Shown here in pieces: positions 1 through 13,515 of a stretch of DNA of 64,000 nucleotides. The position numbers and the translations under genes were made by a program. Numbering within the stretch: position 1 is the first letter of the stretch; each line of letters begins with the position of its first letter. This DNA is from Fonticula-like sp. SCN 57-25. Taxonomy: Eukaryota. The notes under the pieces were generated by a model that saw only the letters and a list, made by a program, of their open reading frames with translations, had not been told where the DNA came from and did no database searches. The stretch is taken from NCBI GenBank assembly GCA_001724245.1, contig MEDX01000001.1, positions 1 through 64,000 on the forward strand. Reading direction: 5' to 3'.

Positions 1-146
1 CCGCGCGACCTGCCGCCGCCGAGGCCTTTTGGAACGGCTGCGAAATCCCACTGAGTTATTCAAGTTTTAAAGTTTATTTCAATGTTTCACAGCTTTATTT
101 TTGTAAGATTAATGATAGAACAAGTAAAGTACCATATACATGCCAT

Positions 147-3100
147 CTATTTACGACCGCGGAGCACCGCGAGGAGAGCAGACGCCGAGTCAGCTACCTC
201 GGCCGGGCTTCCGTCCTTGAGGAACCCCGAGACGACGTCGGCCAGCGCAGTGCCATGCTGCTGCAGAATCACCGCCGCGTCGTCGCGCGAGGCGAGTGCC
301 GCGAGCGCCTTGATGTGCGCCGCCTTGACCGATGAGTACCGCTCGTCGCGCAGTGTGAGCGACGCGGCCGCCAGCACAAAGTCTGCATGGGCCTGCTGGA
401 GCGCCTCGAGCGACGGCAGACGCTTAAAGAGCGTCTCGAGACCGCCGTACGCGCCCTGGCGCACGGCCCACGTGGGGTCACCGGCAAACTTGACCAGCCT
501 GGTGTGCACGGCGAGCGCCTCGGCGGGGTCGACGGGCGGGTCCGCCGCCGCGACGGCCGCCGCGGAGAGACGCAGCGCCGCCGCCGCACACAAATACGTG
601 AGCGGGCCCGTCTTGGGCTCGTCGTCGGCCTCGTCGTCGTCCCGCTTGGCCGGCGCCGCCTTGGCGTCGACCTCCATCGGCGCGAGCACGTCGTGGATGA
701 CGTCCGCGACGGCCGCATAGTTGGCGCACGGGACCTGCTCGTGTAGAACGATGAGCGACTCGAGCACCGCGCGACGGTACGTGAGGTCGCGCTTGCCGGC
801 CTCGCGGTAAAGCGCCTCGGAAATCTCGGCCACGGGCAGCGCGGCGACGGCGGCGGAGAGCGCCGGGTCCTCCTCAGCGGCCTTTTGCGCCTTGGAAAGG
901 AGCGCGACGACGGCGCGCGGGAGCGCATCCTTGCCCTGCCACACGCGGCCCGCAAGGCCGTCGAGGAGCATGCGCGAGATGGGCTCTGCGGCGGCGACGA
1001 GCGTGTCGGCGGCGGCCTTTTCGGTAAAGGCGGCGACGGCGAGCGCGCCCTGCTGGCGGACGGGCCACGAGGTGGACGCCAGGCAGTCGGCCATGAGCGC
1101 CACGATCTCCTGGCGGTAGAGGCGCAGCGTCCCCTTGGACTCGAGGTTGAGCTCCTCCCAGGCGTTCGTCCAGGCGGCCGCAGCGGCCGTGTCTGCGTCA
1201 AAGCGCGCCACAAAGAGAAGCGGGATCACGTCCGACAAGCACTCGCGCAGCACCGGGCCCGCGTGCTTGCTGATCTCGTAGATGCACTGCCCTGCCACGC
1301 CGTGCAGGTCGCTGTCCGCGTTCTCCATGTAAATCTTGCGCAGGTGCTTGACGAGCTTGCCGCACGTCTCGGCATCCACGAGCGCCGTCGTCTGTGCAAG
1401 CGCCGTGATCATGGACGACCGCACGGCCGCGTTCTTGTCGACAATCGTGCCGGAAAGCGCCTTGAGAATCGCGGGCGCGTGCGGCTTGAACAGTGCCGGC
1501 GACTTGAAGCACAGCAGCGCGACCACGCGCGCCGAACCGGCCTTTGTGGGAAGCCCGATGCCCTTGCGCAGAAGAGCCTGGAGCTTGGGAGAGAACGCCT
1601 CCATGCACGCGTCGTCAAAGCGGTCGAGGCACGCCTCAATCGCCTCCATCGAGGGCGACGAGCGCGTGGCGGCAAGGCGCGACTTGTCCAGCTGCTCCGG
1701 CGACAGCTCGTACTTGCCCACGTGGAACGACAGGTAGTTGAGCACCTGTGGCTCGAGGCCAGAGAGCGCCTCCAGTAGCCAGCTCGCGATCTGAACTACG
1801 AACGGGCGCAGCGGGGCAGGCGACGCCTGCTTGCAGATCTTGACCAGCGTGTCCAGCGAGAGCGCCTTGGCCTCCTCGGACGAAGAAACAACACCCTGCT
1901 CGAGCAGGAACGGGATGACAAGCTCGAGCGTTTCGCGCGAACGCGCCTCGGGGCTCGACGGCTCAATCGCGCGCATCGTCATCGCAGTCAGGCTGCGCGC
2001 GCACATGACGCCGGCCTTGCGGACAGACTCTTTAATGTCGTCCATCACACGCAGAGTCATGAACCACATGTCGCTCAGGTACGCCTTAAAGTCCTGCACA
2101 GAGCGTCCGTGCATCAGGTCCGTCAGCGCGCACGCACTACCAAGCAAGAATAAGAAAAAAGAAACAGCACAGAGTAATTATTCGCACCTGGCCTCGCGAA
2201 CGCGCCACATACGGTTGCCCAAGTTGGGCATGATGTCGGCCATGATTTCGGGAAAGGCGTCCTCGACGGCCTTGCGCGGGTCGTCGACGATGGCCTTCCA
2301 GATCGTGTCCATGGCCTCGTGCACGCGCGGCGTTGGGTCAAACCGGTAGCGGAAGAGCTTGGGAACGACCTCGCGCAGATGAGGCTTGAGCTGCTCGCGC
2401 GCGCGGCCGGCAATGGCGCCAAATCCAAAAGCGGCGCCCCGACGCGAGTTCCACAGCGCGCTCTGGCTGGCGAGGTTCATAAACTTGTACATGAGGTCCG
2501 GCTGGTTCAGCTCGGTAACAAGCGAGCACAGCTCGCGGTACGTTGACACGGTGCCGCCGTCCGCTGTCGTCGCCAGCGGCTCATCAAACATGGCGGCGTC
2601 CGGGCGAGCCGCGCCCGACAGCGTCTGCTGTGCGCGTGTGGCCGAAAAGGTGCCCAACAGCGAGCGAACAAGCTCATCGCGCATATCGGCGGTGCCGAGG
2701 TCGTACACGACACCGAGGCCGCGCGACGCGCACTCTTGCGTCGTATCTACAAAAAAAGTTTAGCAAAGATAAAAATGGCGGGAGGCAGCGCACCGTCGCG
2801 GTCATTGAGAAGGCGCGCAAATGCGCTGTGGAGGTCCTTGAGGCGGGCAAGGACGCCCGGCGAGCTGCCGCCAAACTTGACCAGCGAGAGCAGCCACGCG
2901 CTCGACGCCATCGCGTGGTTCGGGCGCGGGTTCGTGACATGACTCTCCATAATGTCCGAAATTAGCTTGTCGCAAAGCGCGTCCCGGGGGCCAGTGAACT
3001 CAAGAGGCTACCGTTTCCGAATTAAAAAGGGTGTCAAATGCGCGAGCATCTTTAAAACGTACCTGAGGAAGTCCCGCGAGGCGCTCGCTTGACCAGCGGC

Positions 3101-6100
3101 AGACAATGTTGCACATGGCCTCGCCAATCGTGAGCTGCAAGTCGATGCGCTTCACCTCTGCGCAGCCGCGGAGCGCATCCAGTGCCTGGCGACAAAGGTC
3201 CTCGTCGGGCTCCCCCACGGCAACGTGCCCAATGGTCAAGGCAAAGCGTTCCTGCACCTTGGCGTCGGTGGCCTTTGCCAAGAGCGCGCTCAGGTGCTTA
3301 AGGAGCGGGGTGCCGTCCAGCGGCGGCATCGGGAAGAAGCGGCCCATTTCGGCGACGGATTCGCAAGCGGCGAGCTGAAGGAACGTCTCGCGCGACGACA
3401 GGTAGGGGTACACGCTCGGCGCCGCGAGCAAGAGGAAGCTCGTATCGCTCACTAGAGGCACGGTGAGCGGTTTACAAAGTCGGCTGAGCGTTGCGTACCA
3501 CCACGGACGACAGCCGTCTCGCTGATGAGGTATCCGAGCGCAACCATGGCAAAGTGGCGGACCTCGGCGCGCACTGTGCGTTTTTCATCAACCGCCAAAA
3601 GCGCAATTTGGTCGCGCGCGGCGGTCTCAACGGATGGGTCGTTCGCGCCCGACGCGTTGCGTACAAAGATGGTTGCGTACAGCCGGGCCGTGATCGTGCG
3701 GACGGCATCGTTTGCAACAAGTTCAAACTGGCGCAGCGTGCGAATCGTGTCCTTGAGGCCGGCCGGCCAGAATGAGGAGCCGTACACGACAAACTCGCGA
3801 AGCATAGATCCGGCAGTTGCGACCAGCAGCAGGTCATTAGTGGGCACTAGGGCGGCCTTGAGGAGCTCCAGCATGCGGCCTTGCGCAGCGGTGCCGGCAG
3901 CATCTCCCGCCGACTCGAGCTCAGCCAGGTGAGCGCGCAGCTTGCTGCTGCTCAGGATCGGCTCGTCGTCCTGCCCCTCGTCATAGCGAACGAGATCCGC
4001 GGTGACCGTCGCGCCGCTCTCCACGAGCAGCAATAGCCGCGCGTAGCGGAGCAGGTTGCGGTAGGCAGGCTGGCAGAGGCCGCGCAGCGCAGGCGACGAC
4101 CCGGCCTGCTGAACAGGCACTGCGCAGAGTGTGAGCGGCCACGTCAGTCAAAGAGCAAGGAAATTGTACCGAAAGAGTCGTCGTCGAAGATGCGCCACAC
4201 AACGTGCAGCAGGGAGGCAAACGAGGGTCGCTTTGCGGGGTCGCTTGGGACGTGCAACCCCTGCAGCCCGAGCTCGCGCACTTCATTCTTGGTGTCGCCC
4301 GTGGCTACCAGACGTGGTTAGCAAGCATAAGCAGAATGGCGCCGCGCGTACCGACAACGCAGAGAAGACGGGCAACAGCATCCTGCGGCGGCAGGACATC
4401 CGCGACGTAGCGCATCGCCATGACGCGCACAAACGCGTTCGTGTTGGTCACATTCTTGAGCAGCAGCGTGCGGATACGCTCCAGCAGCAGCTCGGGAAGG
4501 TCCAGGAGCGACGGGATGATGTTGGCCAGCGCTTCCTGCGCAGAGAGCTTGGCGCCTCCGTTCTCGGTAGCGAGCGATGCAAAGAGCGTCTCAAGCAAGT
4601 CCACGTTGGTGCGAGCGAGCGACGGGACTGCGGAAAAATGTCAGACAAAAACCAAATAATCACCATGACGCGTACCGCGACGCATAATCAGCCCAAGCGA
4701 AACGAACGCGTAGTTGCGGATCTGCGACTCGCCCTGCTCATCAGATTCGGCGGCGATGAGCTTTGTGACTCCGCGGAGCAGCATCGGCGCGACCGGGGTG
4801 ATCACCTCGTCCGAGCTCATGCGGGCGATCCACTGGAGGAAAGATGCACCCTGCTGGCACAGCCGCGGGTTCGTATCTTCGCCAAAGAGCGCGTCAAAGG
4901 TCACCTGCAGGAAGGCCGGGAAAGTGTTTGCGGCCTTGGCCGACCGCTGCAGCTGACGAAGAAGCTTGTGCTTTAGGTCTGTGTGCGCCATCGGCTGGCG
5001 AGACGCGGCCGGCACAGTGGACGCGTCGCCCATATATAGGGCAAACAGGCGGTTCACTACCGTCGCATCCTCGAGCGACACGTTCTGAAGACGCTTGAAA
5101 AGCGAGTCGCCCTCGCGGGAAACAGGGTCCATCTGCGGATCGACAGACGCGACAATAAAGTGAGGAAGCTTGTTTACCTCGGGCCACGGCGCGCTGTCCA
5201 CAAACTTGAGCACGCTCAACTGCAAGATATCGTTAAAAAACACCGAGAAATGCAGCCAGCGTCGCACCTTGGCCGCCAAAAGGTCCTCAAATGTCCAGAC
5301 CTTGCGACCGCTGCGGGTCACAATATCATTCGCGTCGGGGCTCAGCGTCGGCGGAACTTCCACCATCCTGCCGAAACCAGAAGCTGGCGCGCCTCTTACG
5401 GGCGCGGCTCCGGCAGCACCATTCGAGACGGGCAGGGCGTACAAAAGGACGTAGAGAAGCCAGTCCTGAAAAACACGCGCATCCTTGTCCTGCTGCTCTG
5501 CGATCTGCACGCGGCCCAGGATCTAGACAGGCACGTCAGGTCTGAGAGTCATTGGCAAGGGCAAAAAAGAACGGACCGGCAACAAGATATGAAAAATAGC
5601 AAGGCGCTGCGACAAAACGCGGTCCGCAAAACCGCTCACCAGTTTCTGCGCAAGCGGCAGCTTCTCATCGGGCGTCATCCGCGCCATGCCCATCTCCACG
5701 TAAATAATTGTAAAGTTCTTAACCGCCGCGGGAACTGCACATTGTGAGCGCTCAAACAGGCCATAGTCAAGAACGCAGACGAACCTGCGTTGTCGAGAAA
5801 CTGCGCCACAAGGGCGGCTGTCGGCAGCTTGGCACCGGTGACCTGCTTCAACCGCACATTGATATGGGACAGTGTAGACATCAACTAGACGCACGCCACA
5901 CGTGTCAGACATCCATGTCTACTCTTAAGCAAGCGCACCTTTTGCTTCACGGCAGCATCGGGGCTTGCGCCCTTTAGAAGCAGAGGGACGAGAAAGGTGC
6001 CCAAGGTCTTTTCAAACTTTTCATCCTGATCGGCCAGTGCAAACGCAAAATCAACTCGCTCGAGGAGTTCTACGCACACGAGACAAAGACAATGTCAACA

Positions 6101-6152
6101 CACAGAGCAGAGTGAGCGCCCTTGGTCTATTCGCACCTAGATCGCTGGCCAT
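147..6152 (-). CDS. ECM29: Proteasome adapter and scaffold protein ECM29 (HEAT repeats), multi-exon
   Basis: Spliced N-terminus MASDL|ELLERVDFAFALADQDEKFEKTLGTFLVPLLLK; internal motifs STYRELCSLVTELNQPDLMYKFMNLA, WNSRRGAAFGF, PKLFRYRFDP, WRVREA, LSGLEPQVLNYLS; exons joined by short GT-AG introns. Confidence 0.92.
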
Positions 6153-6345
6153 GGCTGCCGCGATCGCTCACTCGCGCGATGCGAGCGTCAAATGATGACG
6201 CACACAAACGCTGATTTGCGTACTTTTGATTAGAGATTTGGCGCCAAACCAAACAAAGCGGCCACGAGCAAAAATGTACATTATTCAGCTATAACAAGCA
6301 TGAACGAAAGGCAAAAGTACAAAATGAATGCAATAATATGTATGA

Positions 6346-7425
6346 TCATGAAGAGCTGAGAGGGAGCCAGTAGGTAACCGGGGCTTCCTGCTCATCGATC
6401 CACAGCACGCCATCCTTGACAAAAGTGTCCTGGATCACACACTGTTAGCGAGTACAACTCACAATTAATGCAGCATACCAGTGTCGCCAGAACACGGGCC
6501 TCTTCCCACGAGAGCTCGGCTCCAAGCGCTTGGGCGGTCCCTTTGCCCTTTGCCTTGCAGACATTGTAAGCAGGGAGCGAGGGCAGCCTAGGGGCGTACC
6601 TGTAGCAAAGAAAGGATCGCATAGTGGTCTGTATTGAGCTCTCTTGGCACCGACTGCACCATTCGCTTCGGACCTATCGCATCATCGTTAGGATGTGCAC
6701 ACAGGTGGCGGCTTTGCTTCGTGCCTGCCGAAATGATGCTGAACCCGGAGCCGAGCGCCTTGACAGACTTGATCGCGCGCGTCACGTCATCCCTGCCATA
6801 TGGTCAACACAGCGCAATCAAACCTAAAGCGGCAGCGTACTCGCTGACGGCCTGCGCCTTGCTGCCTCGCCTCAACCGCAAGAGGTTAAGCAGGTCGTCC
6901 ATCGCAATGATTCCGCCATTTTGGGGCCTGGTCCTCAAACATATTTCAATAATTTGCACCGCCAACTCGTAGTAAAAGTCACCCACGCCAAGCAATTCTG
7001 ACCAGAAACCCTTGGTGGCTACGCGCTCATCAGCAATGGTCCCCATCCAAGTGGCGGGAAAGCTGCGTACAGGCGAGCGGGTCGACGCCGATCTGCGCGC
7101 ACATCTTTTGAAAGTGCATACGAAACTCTGGGTTGGCGCTAATGTCTTTCCTGTGCTTCGCCGCAAAGTCCTCTAAATTTGACTTGAATGTCTCGAGGTG
7201 CTCTTGCAGCTGTCACTCTAGCGTGAGCCCCCCACTAAGCATTGGTGATCCGTCGTACCTCCGCCATCTTGTTGGCCTCCAGCGCTTGCCCTACCTGCTG
7301 GAATTGCTCCTGCCAACACGTCCACATGTCAGCACACATTCACTATCAATGTATACGGGCGAGGAATAACGCACATTGCGCATCTGCTTCCTTTGGATCC
7401 CTTGGACCCCGACATGCCGACGCAT
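6346..7425 (-). CDS. SNF8: ESCRT-II subunit SNF8/VPS22
   Basis: Starts MRRHVGVQGIQ; contains KGFWSELLGVGDFYYELAVQIIEIC, RAIKSVKALGSGF, MVQSVPRELNTDH; ends LWIDEQEAPVTYWLPLSSS*. Confidence 0.93.
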
Positions 7426-7523
7426 GTTGGCCGCTGCTGTTGATGCAATGAACAAGTCACCGGGGTGGGCCGAAACTGATCCCCCCATTGTTTGGTGGTC
7501 CACCGCCGCAACCAAAACAAGCC

Positions 7524-8470
7524 ATGGGAGCGGAGGCGCTTGCGACCCGCAAAGAGGCGATCGACTATGCGGCGTCGTCTGCTTTTGAGCACTACGACAG
7601 CGACAATGACGGCTCGTTGTCCCAGTTTGAGTTTTTCCTTTTGCTTTGGGACTTGAAAAGGTACGCTCGCGGTAATGCACCCGAGACGACGGAGCCTAAT
7701 CCCGCGCCTTTTTAGTAATGCCGCCGAGCCGTTCACAAAGGAGCAGGCGCAGCACTGCTGGACCGCCGTTAACCCTGCAGGCAGCGCCTCTCTATGCGTC
7801 GAAGACTTTCGCAGCGGACTAGAAACACTCTGGGAGTATGACTTTTTCAAGGGAGGCTGGCCGGCTGGACTGGATGGTACGACGGGCGTTGATCGGCATG
7901 GCGCGTGCTCACCGGGTGAACGCGCAGCATCCCAATTGCCAGATATTGCAGAGTACGACGTGACGGACATGGAGGGCGTGGAGGATTCGGTGGATCTTGC
8001 CGCCGAACTGAGGGCGCTTCGGATCCAGATCGCGCGCTCAAAGCCAGAATCCGAGCCTGCCGGCATGACACTGGTTCCTCTACAAGCACGCCCGGGAACG
8101 GAAATGGTGCGTTTTTTTAACAAGCAAGAATATTATCTTACACTCCCCTCTTTTTAGCGCACGATCCGCGTGTATCGCGAGAACGAGTCCTACAAGACGC
8201 TCATGATCACCCCAATGACGCGGTGCGGCGAGCTTTTGCGGATGGTGATAGAAAAGCTGGACCTCTCGCCGGAAGAGTCTGCGAAGATGACGCTCCACGA
8301 AAGCGTGAATGGTATCATGCGCACGCTGGATCAGACCGAGCTGGTCTCGGACGTGGAGGACAGGAATGGCAAGGTGTACATCTCGGACGTGAACCTCGCC
8401 AAGATGAGCCGACGCAGCGTGGTGGGAGGCGCAGTGAACCTCTTCCGCAAGCGGAGTTCTATGATTAAAT
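7524..8470 (+). CDS. EF-hand protein with C-terminal Ras-association/ubiquitin-like domain
   Basis: EF-hand loop FEHYDSDNDGSLSQFEF; last exon IRVYRENESYKTLMITPMTRCGELLRMVIEKL resembles RA/FERM-F1; introns at about 7661-7715 and 8107-8157. Confidence 0.6.
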
Positions 8471-8699
8471 AGTTCTTTTGCGCTGCTGTGGTATTTTTCC
8501 GCCTTTGCTGCCTGTATTAAGTCGTGTTTTGCGTTACCATGGTTGTACATTTTCCGTAGTTTTTGTTCAATTGTATTCCTGCACCAATATCAGTATTTCT
8601 TCTTTACATAAGAGCCACCTCGGTTTGTTTATCGCGGCGTCGCCCATACAGCTCTCACAGGCACCGTTCGGATGGCTGCACCAGAGCATGCCGGGCGGC

Positions 8700-9954
8700 C
8701 TAGGCGTAGATTGACGCACCCAGGCGGTCCTCGACGAGCCTGACCCAAAAGGAGACGGCGATGGGGATCAGCTTGTCATTAAAGTTGAACTTTGAGCTGT
8801 GGCAGAGGTGCGACTCCTTGCCCTCCTCGGCGGTTCCAAGCACGAACAGGCAGCCGGGGCGCTCCTGCAGGTAGTAGGCAAAGTCCTCTGATGCCATGAG
8901 CGGCAGGCTGTTGGTGGTGACGTTGTCCTCTCCCAGCAGGGCGGCAGCGACGCGCTTGACGTGCTCAGTCTCCTCTGGCGTGTTGACCGTCACAGGGTAG
9001 CCGTCGTCGTACCTGATGCTCCCGCAGCAGTTGTACGCCTCCGCCGTGTGCTTGATGATGCTGCTGAACCGCTCGCGGACGCGGTCCGACACGGCGGGCT
9101 TAAAGTCGCGGATGGTGCCCGCCATCGAGACCGCCTCGGGAATGACGTTGTCAGCCTCGCCGCCCTTGATGACCGTGACCGAAAGCACGGCCGAGTCCAT
9201 CGAGGAAACATTGCGCGACACGATGGACTGGGCGCCGACGACGATGTGAGCCGCAGGGACGACCGGGTCGATGCAGAGGTGCGGCGACGACGCGTGCCCA
9301 CCCTGCCCGCGGACAACCGCGTGAAACTCGGTGGTGTGCGACGTCATGGGGCCCGGAACAACGCCGAGCGTGCCGAGCGGCAGCGTGGGCCAGTTGTGCA
9401 TGCCGTACACTTCGTGGATACCCTCGAGGCAGCCCTCCTTGATCATGGGCTCGGCGCCACCGGGGCCCTCCTCAGCTGGCTGGAATAGAAGCCGGATAGA
9501 AAGGTTTGACGGGATGCGCGAGCGAGCCTTTGCAAAGAGCAGGCCAGCGCCAACGAGGCAGGCTATGTGTCCGTCGTGGCCGCACATATGGGCCACCCCG
9601 GTATTCTTCGAGCGGTACTCGAGGCCCGCATTCTCCTCCGTCATCGGCAGCGCATCGAGATCGGCACGCAGCGCCACGGCGCGCTTCCCTTCTCCCACGG
9701 CAGGCGCCTCGCCCACAATGTCGATAACAAGGCCAGTCCCTCCCATGATGCGAACAGAGGTGACACCCGCGGCCTCGAGCATCTCCTTCACCTTGGCGGC
9801 GGTGCGCACCTCCTTGAACCCCACCTCCTACAAGAAGCGCATTAGCAACAGCATGGAACGGCGGCAGGCATACCGGGTGCGCGTGAATGTCGCGCCGAAG
9901 GGCCACGAGCGCCTCATTCAGAGCCGTCACCTCATCCTCGAGCCTTCCCGCCAT
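8700..9954 (-). CDS. M20D family amidohydrolase (hippurate hydrolase/ILR1-like)
   Basis: RRDIHAHP|EVGFKE, ALRADLDALPM, HMCGHDGH, FQPAEEG, GMHNWP, ASEDF motifs; one intron near the 5' end. Confidence 0.93.
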
Positions 9955-10075
9955 TCCTGGCCATTCCGAGCCCCTTTGCCTTGTCATCCTTTTGCGGTCG
10001 TTCTCATTGGATTATCCACGTGGGCGCAACTCCAGTTTGCCGGTTGACGACGCTCGCGGCAGCCGTGATTGCGCC

Positions 10076-11896
10076 ATGGCACCGCTGCCGGAGCCAAAGG
10101 TGTACCGGGCCACGTCCCAGCGGCCCGAGGCGATCAAGCGGGTGATGCGTCACCAGCGCCTTCGCAAGATCAGCATAGAGCGCGAGGGTACGGCTTGTTG
10201 TCTTGGGAGATGCGTTCGTTGCTAACTAAGACCCAACAGAGGCGATGCGCCGCGAAAAAGCAGAGCAGGAGGCGCTCGAGAAGAAGCGCAAGGAGCAGGC
10301 AGATCTGCCAGAGGACTTGGATGCATATGAGGCGCAGCTTGAGCAGCAATTGGCCGAGCTCCAGACCCACAAGATGAAGCTTTTTATACTGATGAAGCAG
10401 GTGTTGCTAAGCGAGGCCGAGTCGCGGAAGAAGCAGGAAGAGGCGCAGGCAGCTGCCCAGGCGCAGGCCCAAGCACAGGCACAGGCGCAGGCCCAGGCCG
10501 CCATTCAGGCTGCGGCCCAGGCAGCTCAGGCAGCCAAAGCGGCGGCCGCCGCTCAACCGCAGCAATCTTACGGATCGTCGTCATACCCGTCGACCAGCAG
10601 TTCTTCGGTGCCAGCCGGTGCTACGCCTTCGTCGACGTACTACCCACCGAGCAGTTTCCCTATATCCCACCCATCGTATGCATATATTTTTTTTAATGAA
10701 AGTATGCTAACGGGAGCTTTAGTAGCAGCGGCGGTAGCGACTGGCGCGACCGGTCCTCCTCTGATTGGCGCGACCGCTCGAATTCGGACTGGCGCGACCG
10801 TTCGCGAGCTGGCGCCTATCCAACATCGACGCTCCCACAGCAGTGCGCATACTTGTTGTATTTTTACGTATGCTGACGCAAAGCAGACCGCCACCCGCGC
10901 GCCCCCTTTCGGTCCACGCCGGCGATCCCATCTCTGGGCCGACGCAGCTCACCAGCCTCCCTTCGAGCCCCGCCGCGCGCTCATACCACCCCTCGGCACA
11001 GCGGACGCCCTCCCAGCACAACCAAGACTACGACGACTACGGCCGCAGTCGCCGCCCAGGCAGCCCCACCGGGCCCCGTGGCGGGCAGTCCTCTTCGTGG
11101 AACGTACGCATCTCGCACTTGCCAATGACTGTCGGTCTCACACGGTGCCCGTAGCGCGCTTCGAGCGACGCAGGCGATTCGCAGTACCTCCACCGCCGCA
11201 GCTCCATCGGTCTTTCCGGCCCGACGCCGTCGTCCAGCTCGGCGTACCAGTCGGGCGGGGTTCACAGCCCACCAAAGAATCCTACCGGCCTCGGTGCGTT
11301 CGCAGGCGCCGCCCGCCGCGATAGCCTCGGCGCCACTCCCCCGGGGCGGCGCGACAGCCTTGGCGGGCTGCCTTCCCCCGGATCTGACGGTGCGCCCCTG
11401 CGCATGTGTACGTAGCTGGCTTCTTACGCTTTGCGATAGGTTCGAGAACCCCGTTTGCCGCCCACCAGACGCCGGCGTACCCGACACCCGCAAGCACCGC
11501 CGGTGCCGCGCCGGTGCCCATGCCGGTCCCGCCCAATATTGCAATGATGTTCCCGAACCAGGCGGCGGCAGCGGCGGCCGCTGCGGCCATGGCCACAATG
11601 AACCCATTGCTGATGGGCTACGGAGCGGTACGTCCCATTTGGTTCGTGCACGACAGCTAACGTTTTTGTAGCGCCTGCCGATGATGATGAACACGCCGCC
11701 CGTCCATCGCCCGCCGTTCTTCCCGGCTGGCTTCCCCGGCATGCCGCCGGTGCCTTTCGGTTCCCTTCCGGCTCGGCCCGGCATGCCGCCGGCCGCGCAG
11801 CCCGCGGCGCCGGCGAACCCGAACGGTACGACGCCCACCCCACCGGCGAGCGGATCTTCCGCACCGCAGACAGGGACTCAGCCGAGATACTATTGA
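10076..11896 (+). CDS. GPS2-like coiled-coil protein with long Pro/Ser/Gln-rich tail
   Basis: EQQLAELQTHKMKLFILMKQVLLSEAESRKKQ resembles the GPS2 N-terminal coil (…LLALQEEKHQLFLQLKKVLHEEE…); followed by poly-QA, DWRDR repeats and a Pro-rich C-terminus; multi-exon. Confidence 0.55.
10739..10800 (+). repeat. Three imperfect copies of GA(C/T)TGGCGCGACCG encoding SDWRDRS repeats
   Basis: gactggcgcgaccg / gattggcgcgaccg / gactggcgcgaccg inside an exon of the GPS2-like gene. Confidence 0.75.
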
Positions 11897-12121
11897 TACG
11901 CGCTCGCTTTTGTGTTTTTTTTGCCCATCGCATTTGTACAATATAGGTTGATATCGAAATAGGCACTGAGCTGGTCACTTTTGTATTCACAATATTCTAG
12001 CTGGAAAAGGCAAAGAAAACAAAAAAAAAGAACGACGCTGCAGACTATCAAACTGCTTTCAAAGCGAAAACAATACATAGAGAGAATAGCTTGGCATATC
12101 GTTCAGGAGCGAGCTAAAAGG

Positions 12122-13175
12122 CTAGATGATTTGTACGTAGTTGGCCGGGAAGGAGCCCTTGGCGCCGTTGAGCTCGCCCTTCCACCAGTCATTCTGCTGC
12201 GACGTCTTCTCCGTAATGTCAATGATGTCGCCCTTCTTGAACCCGAGGTCGCCCGCCTGCTGCGGGTTGTAGTCAAAGAGCGCCCTCGCGCGCACAGGCG
12301 AGGTCGGGCGGGCCGGCATGGCGGGCGACGCGCCGTACGCGGCACTCGAGTCGACCTATACCACATGTAAGCAAAAGCAAAGGCAAAAGCAAATGGGCGT
12401 ACGGCGCCAGCAGCTCCGTTACGCGCGGCGCGTTTCCGCAGAGCATCGTAGATCGGCGCGGCCGCCGGCGGCTGCGGCACGGCGCCCGACAGCAGCTGCC
12501 TGGCCGTGATGTTGGGGCCGTAGAACTTTGCGTTCTCGTCCTTGCGCTCGATAAAGACAGTGCCCTCCAGCGAGATGCCGACAAAGGCGCCCTTTGTCTT
12601 GCTGTACGAGTAGACCGCGGCGATCGTCGCCATGGCATTTCCCTCGGCATTGCGGCCGATGGGGCCCGCGGCGACCGACAGGTTGCCACCAAGGGCGACG
12701 TTGCCGCCGACCGTGAAGGCCTGCACGGCGCGGTCATTGTTGAGGATGATCACAAAATCGGTCAGCTCCGCGCCGATTTGGAGACCCGCTCCGAACGAGC
12801 CAGTGCCGATAGCAGAGGGCGCCGACCAGGCTAGCAAAAAAAAAAAGAGAAATGAGACGTCAGGCACAGCCAAACGACAGGGGGCACGCTCGTACAGCCG
12901 TCCTGCAGCTTGGCAATAACAAGACCAAAGCCAACGCGGGCGCTAAACAAAAAGCCAATCTTGGCCACAGTCATAATAACCAGACCCTACCGAGTCATTC
13001 TTTAGCGCATCATTTCATTGTCGAGCAGGTCGCGCACCCTGGCATTCTCAATCACGTCCGGCGGGATCACCTTGTCGACGTTCATCTGCATGTTGTCGCC
13101 CTGGAACGACTTTAGGATGCGCGCCGCCTTGGCGCACTCCTTGTCAAGAGACTCGGGAAGAGGTGAGTTGACCAT
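12122..13175 (-). CDS. SH3YL1: SYLF/Ysc84 actin-binding domain plus SH3 protein (SH3YL1/Lsb3/Ysc84)
   Basis: MVNSPLPESLDKECAKAARILKSF; WSAPSAIG; GGNLSVAAGPIGRNAE; YSYSKTKGAFVGISLEG; C-terminal SH3 ARALFDY…DWWKGELNGAKGSFPANYV. Confidence 0.93.
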
Positions 13176-13515
13176 TTTGCGTTAGAAACAGGCTTGCCCA
13201 GTGGGAAGACAGGTGGACGCGATGCTGATGCTGCTGCGCCGGTCCAGTCAGGCAACAAGTGACGAAAAGCGAATCGGAGCGATTTGATTGGTTCCCAAAG
13301 AGCCAACAAACGTCACTCTGACGAGGGGTGGCCGAAGTGTTCACTATGATACATTCGAGTCGTCGGAGGTCGCTGTCGCAATGACACACGTATGCGCGTA
13401 CTCAGCAATGGAATGAGGATGTTTAATTGATATGGGTATTTATTTACCGATGGATAACAAACATTATAGTATGCCAATAAAAATCAAGAACGAAAGCAGA
13501 AAATGCAAAGTCTAT

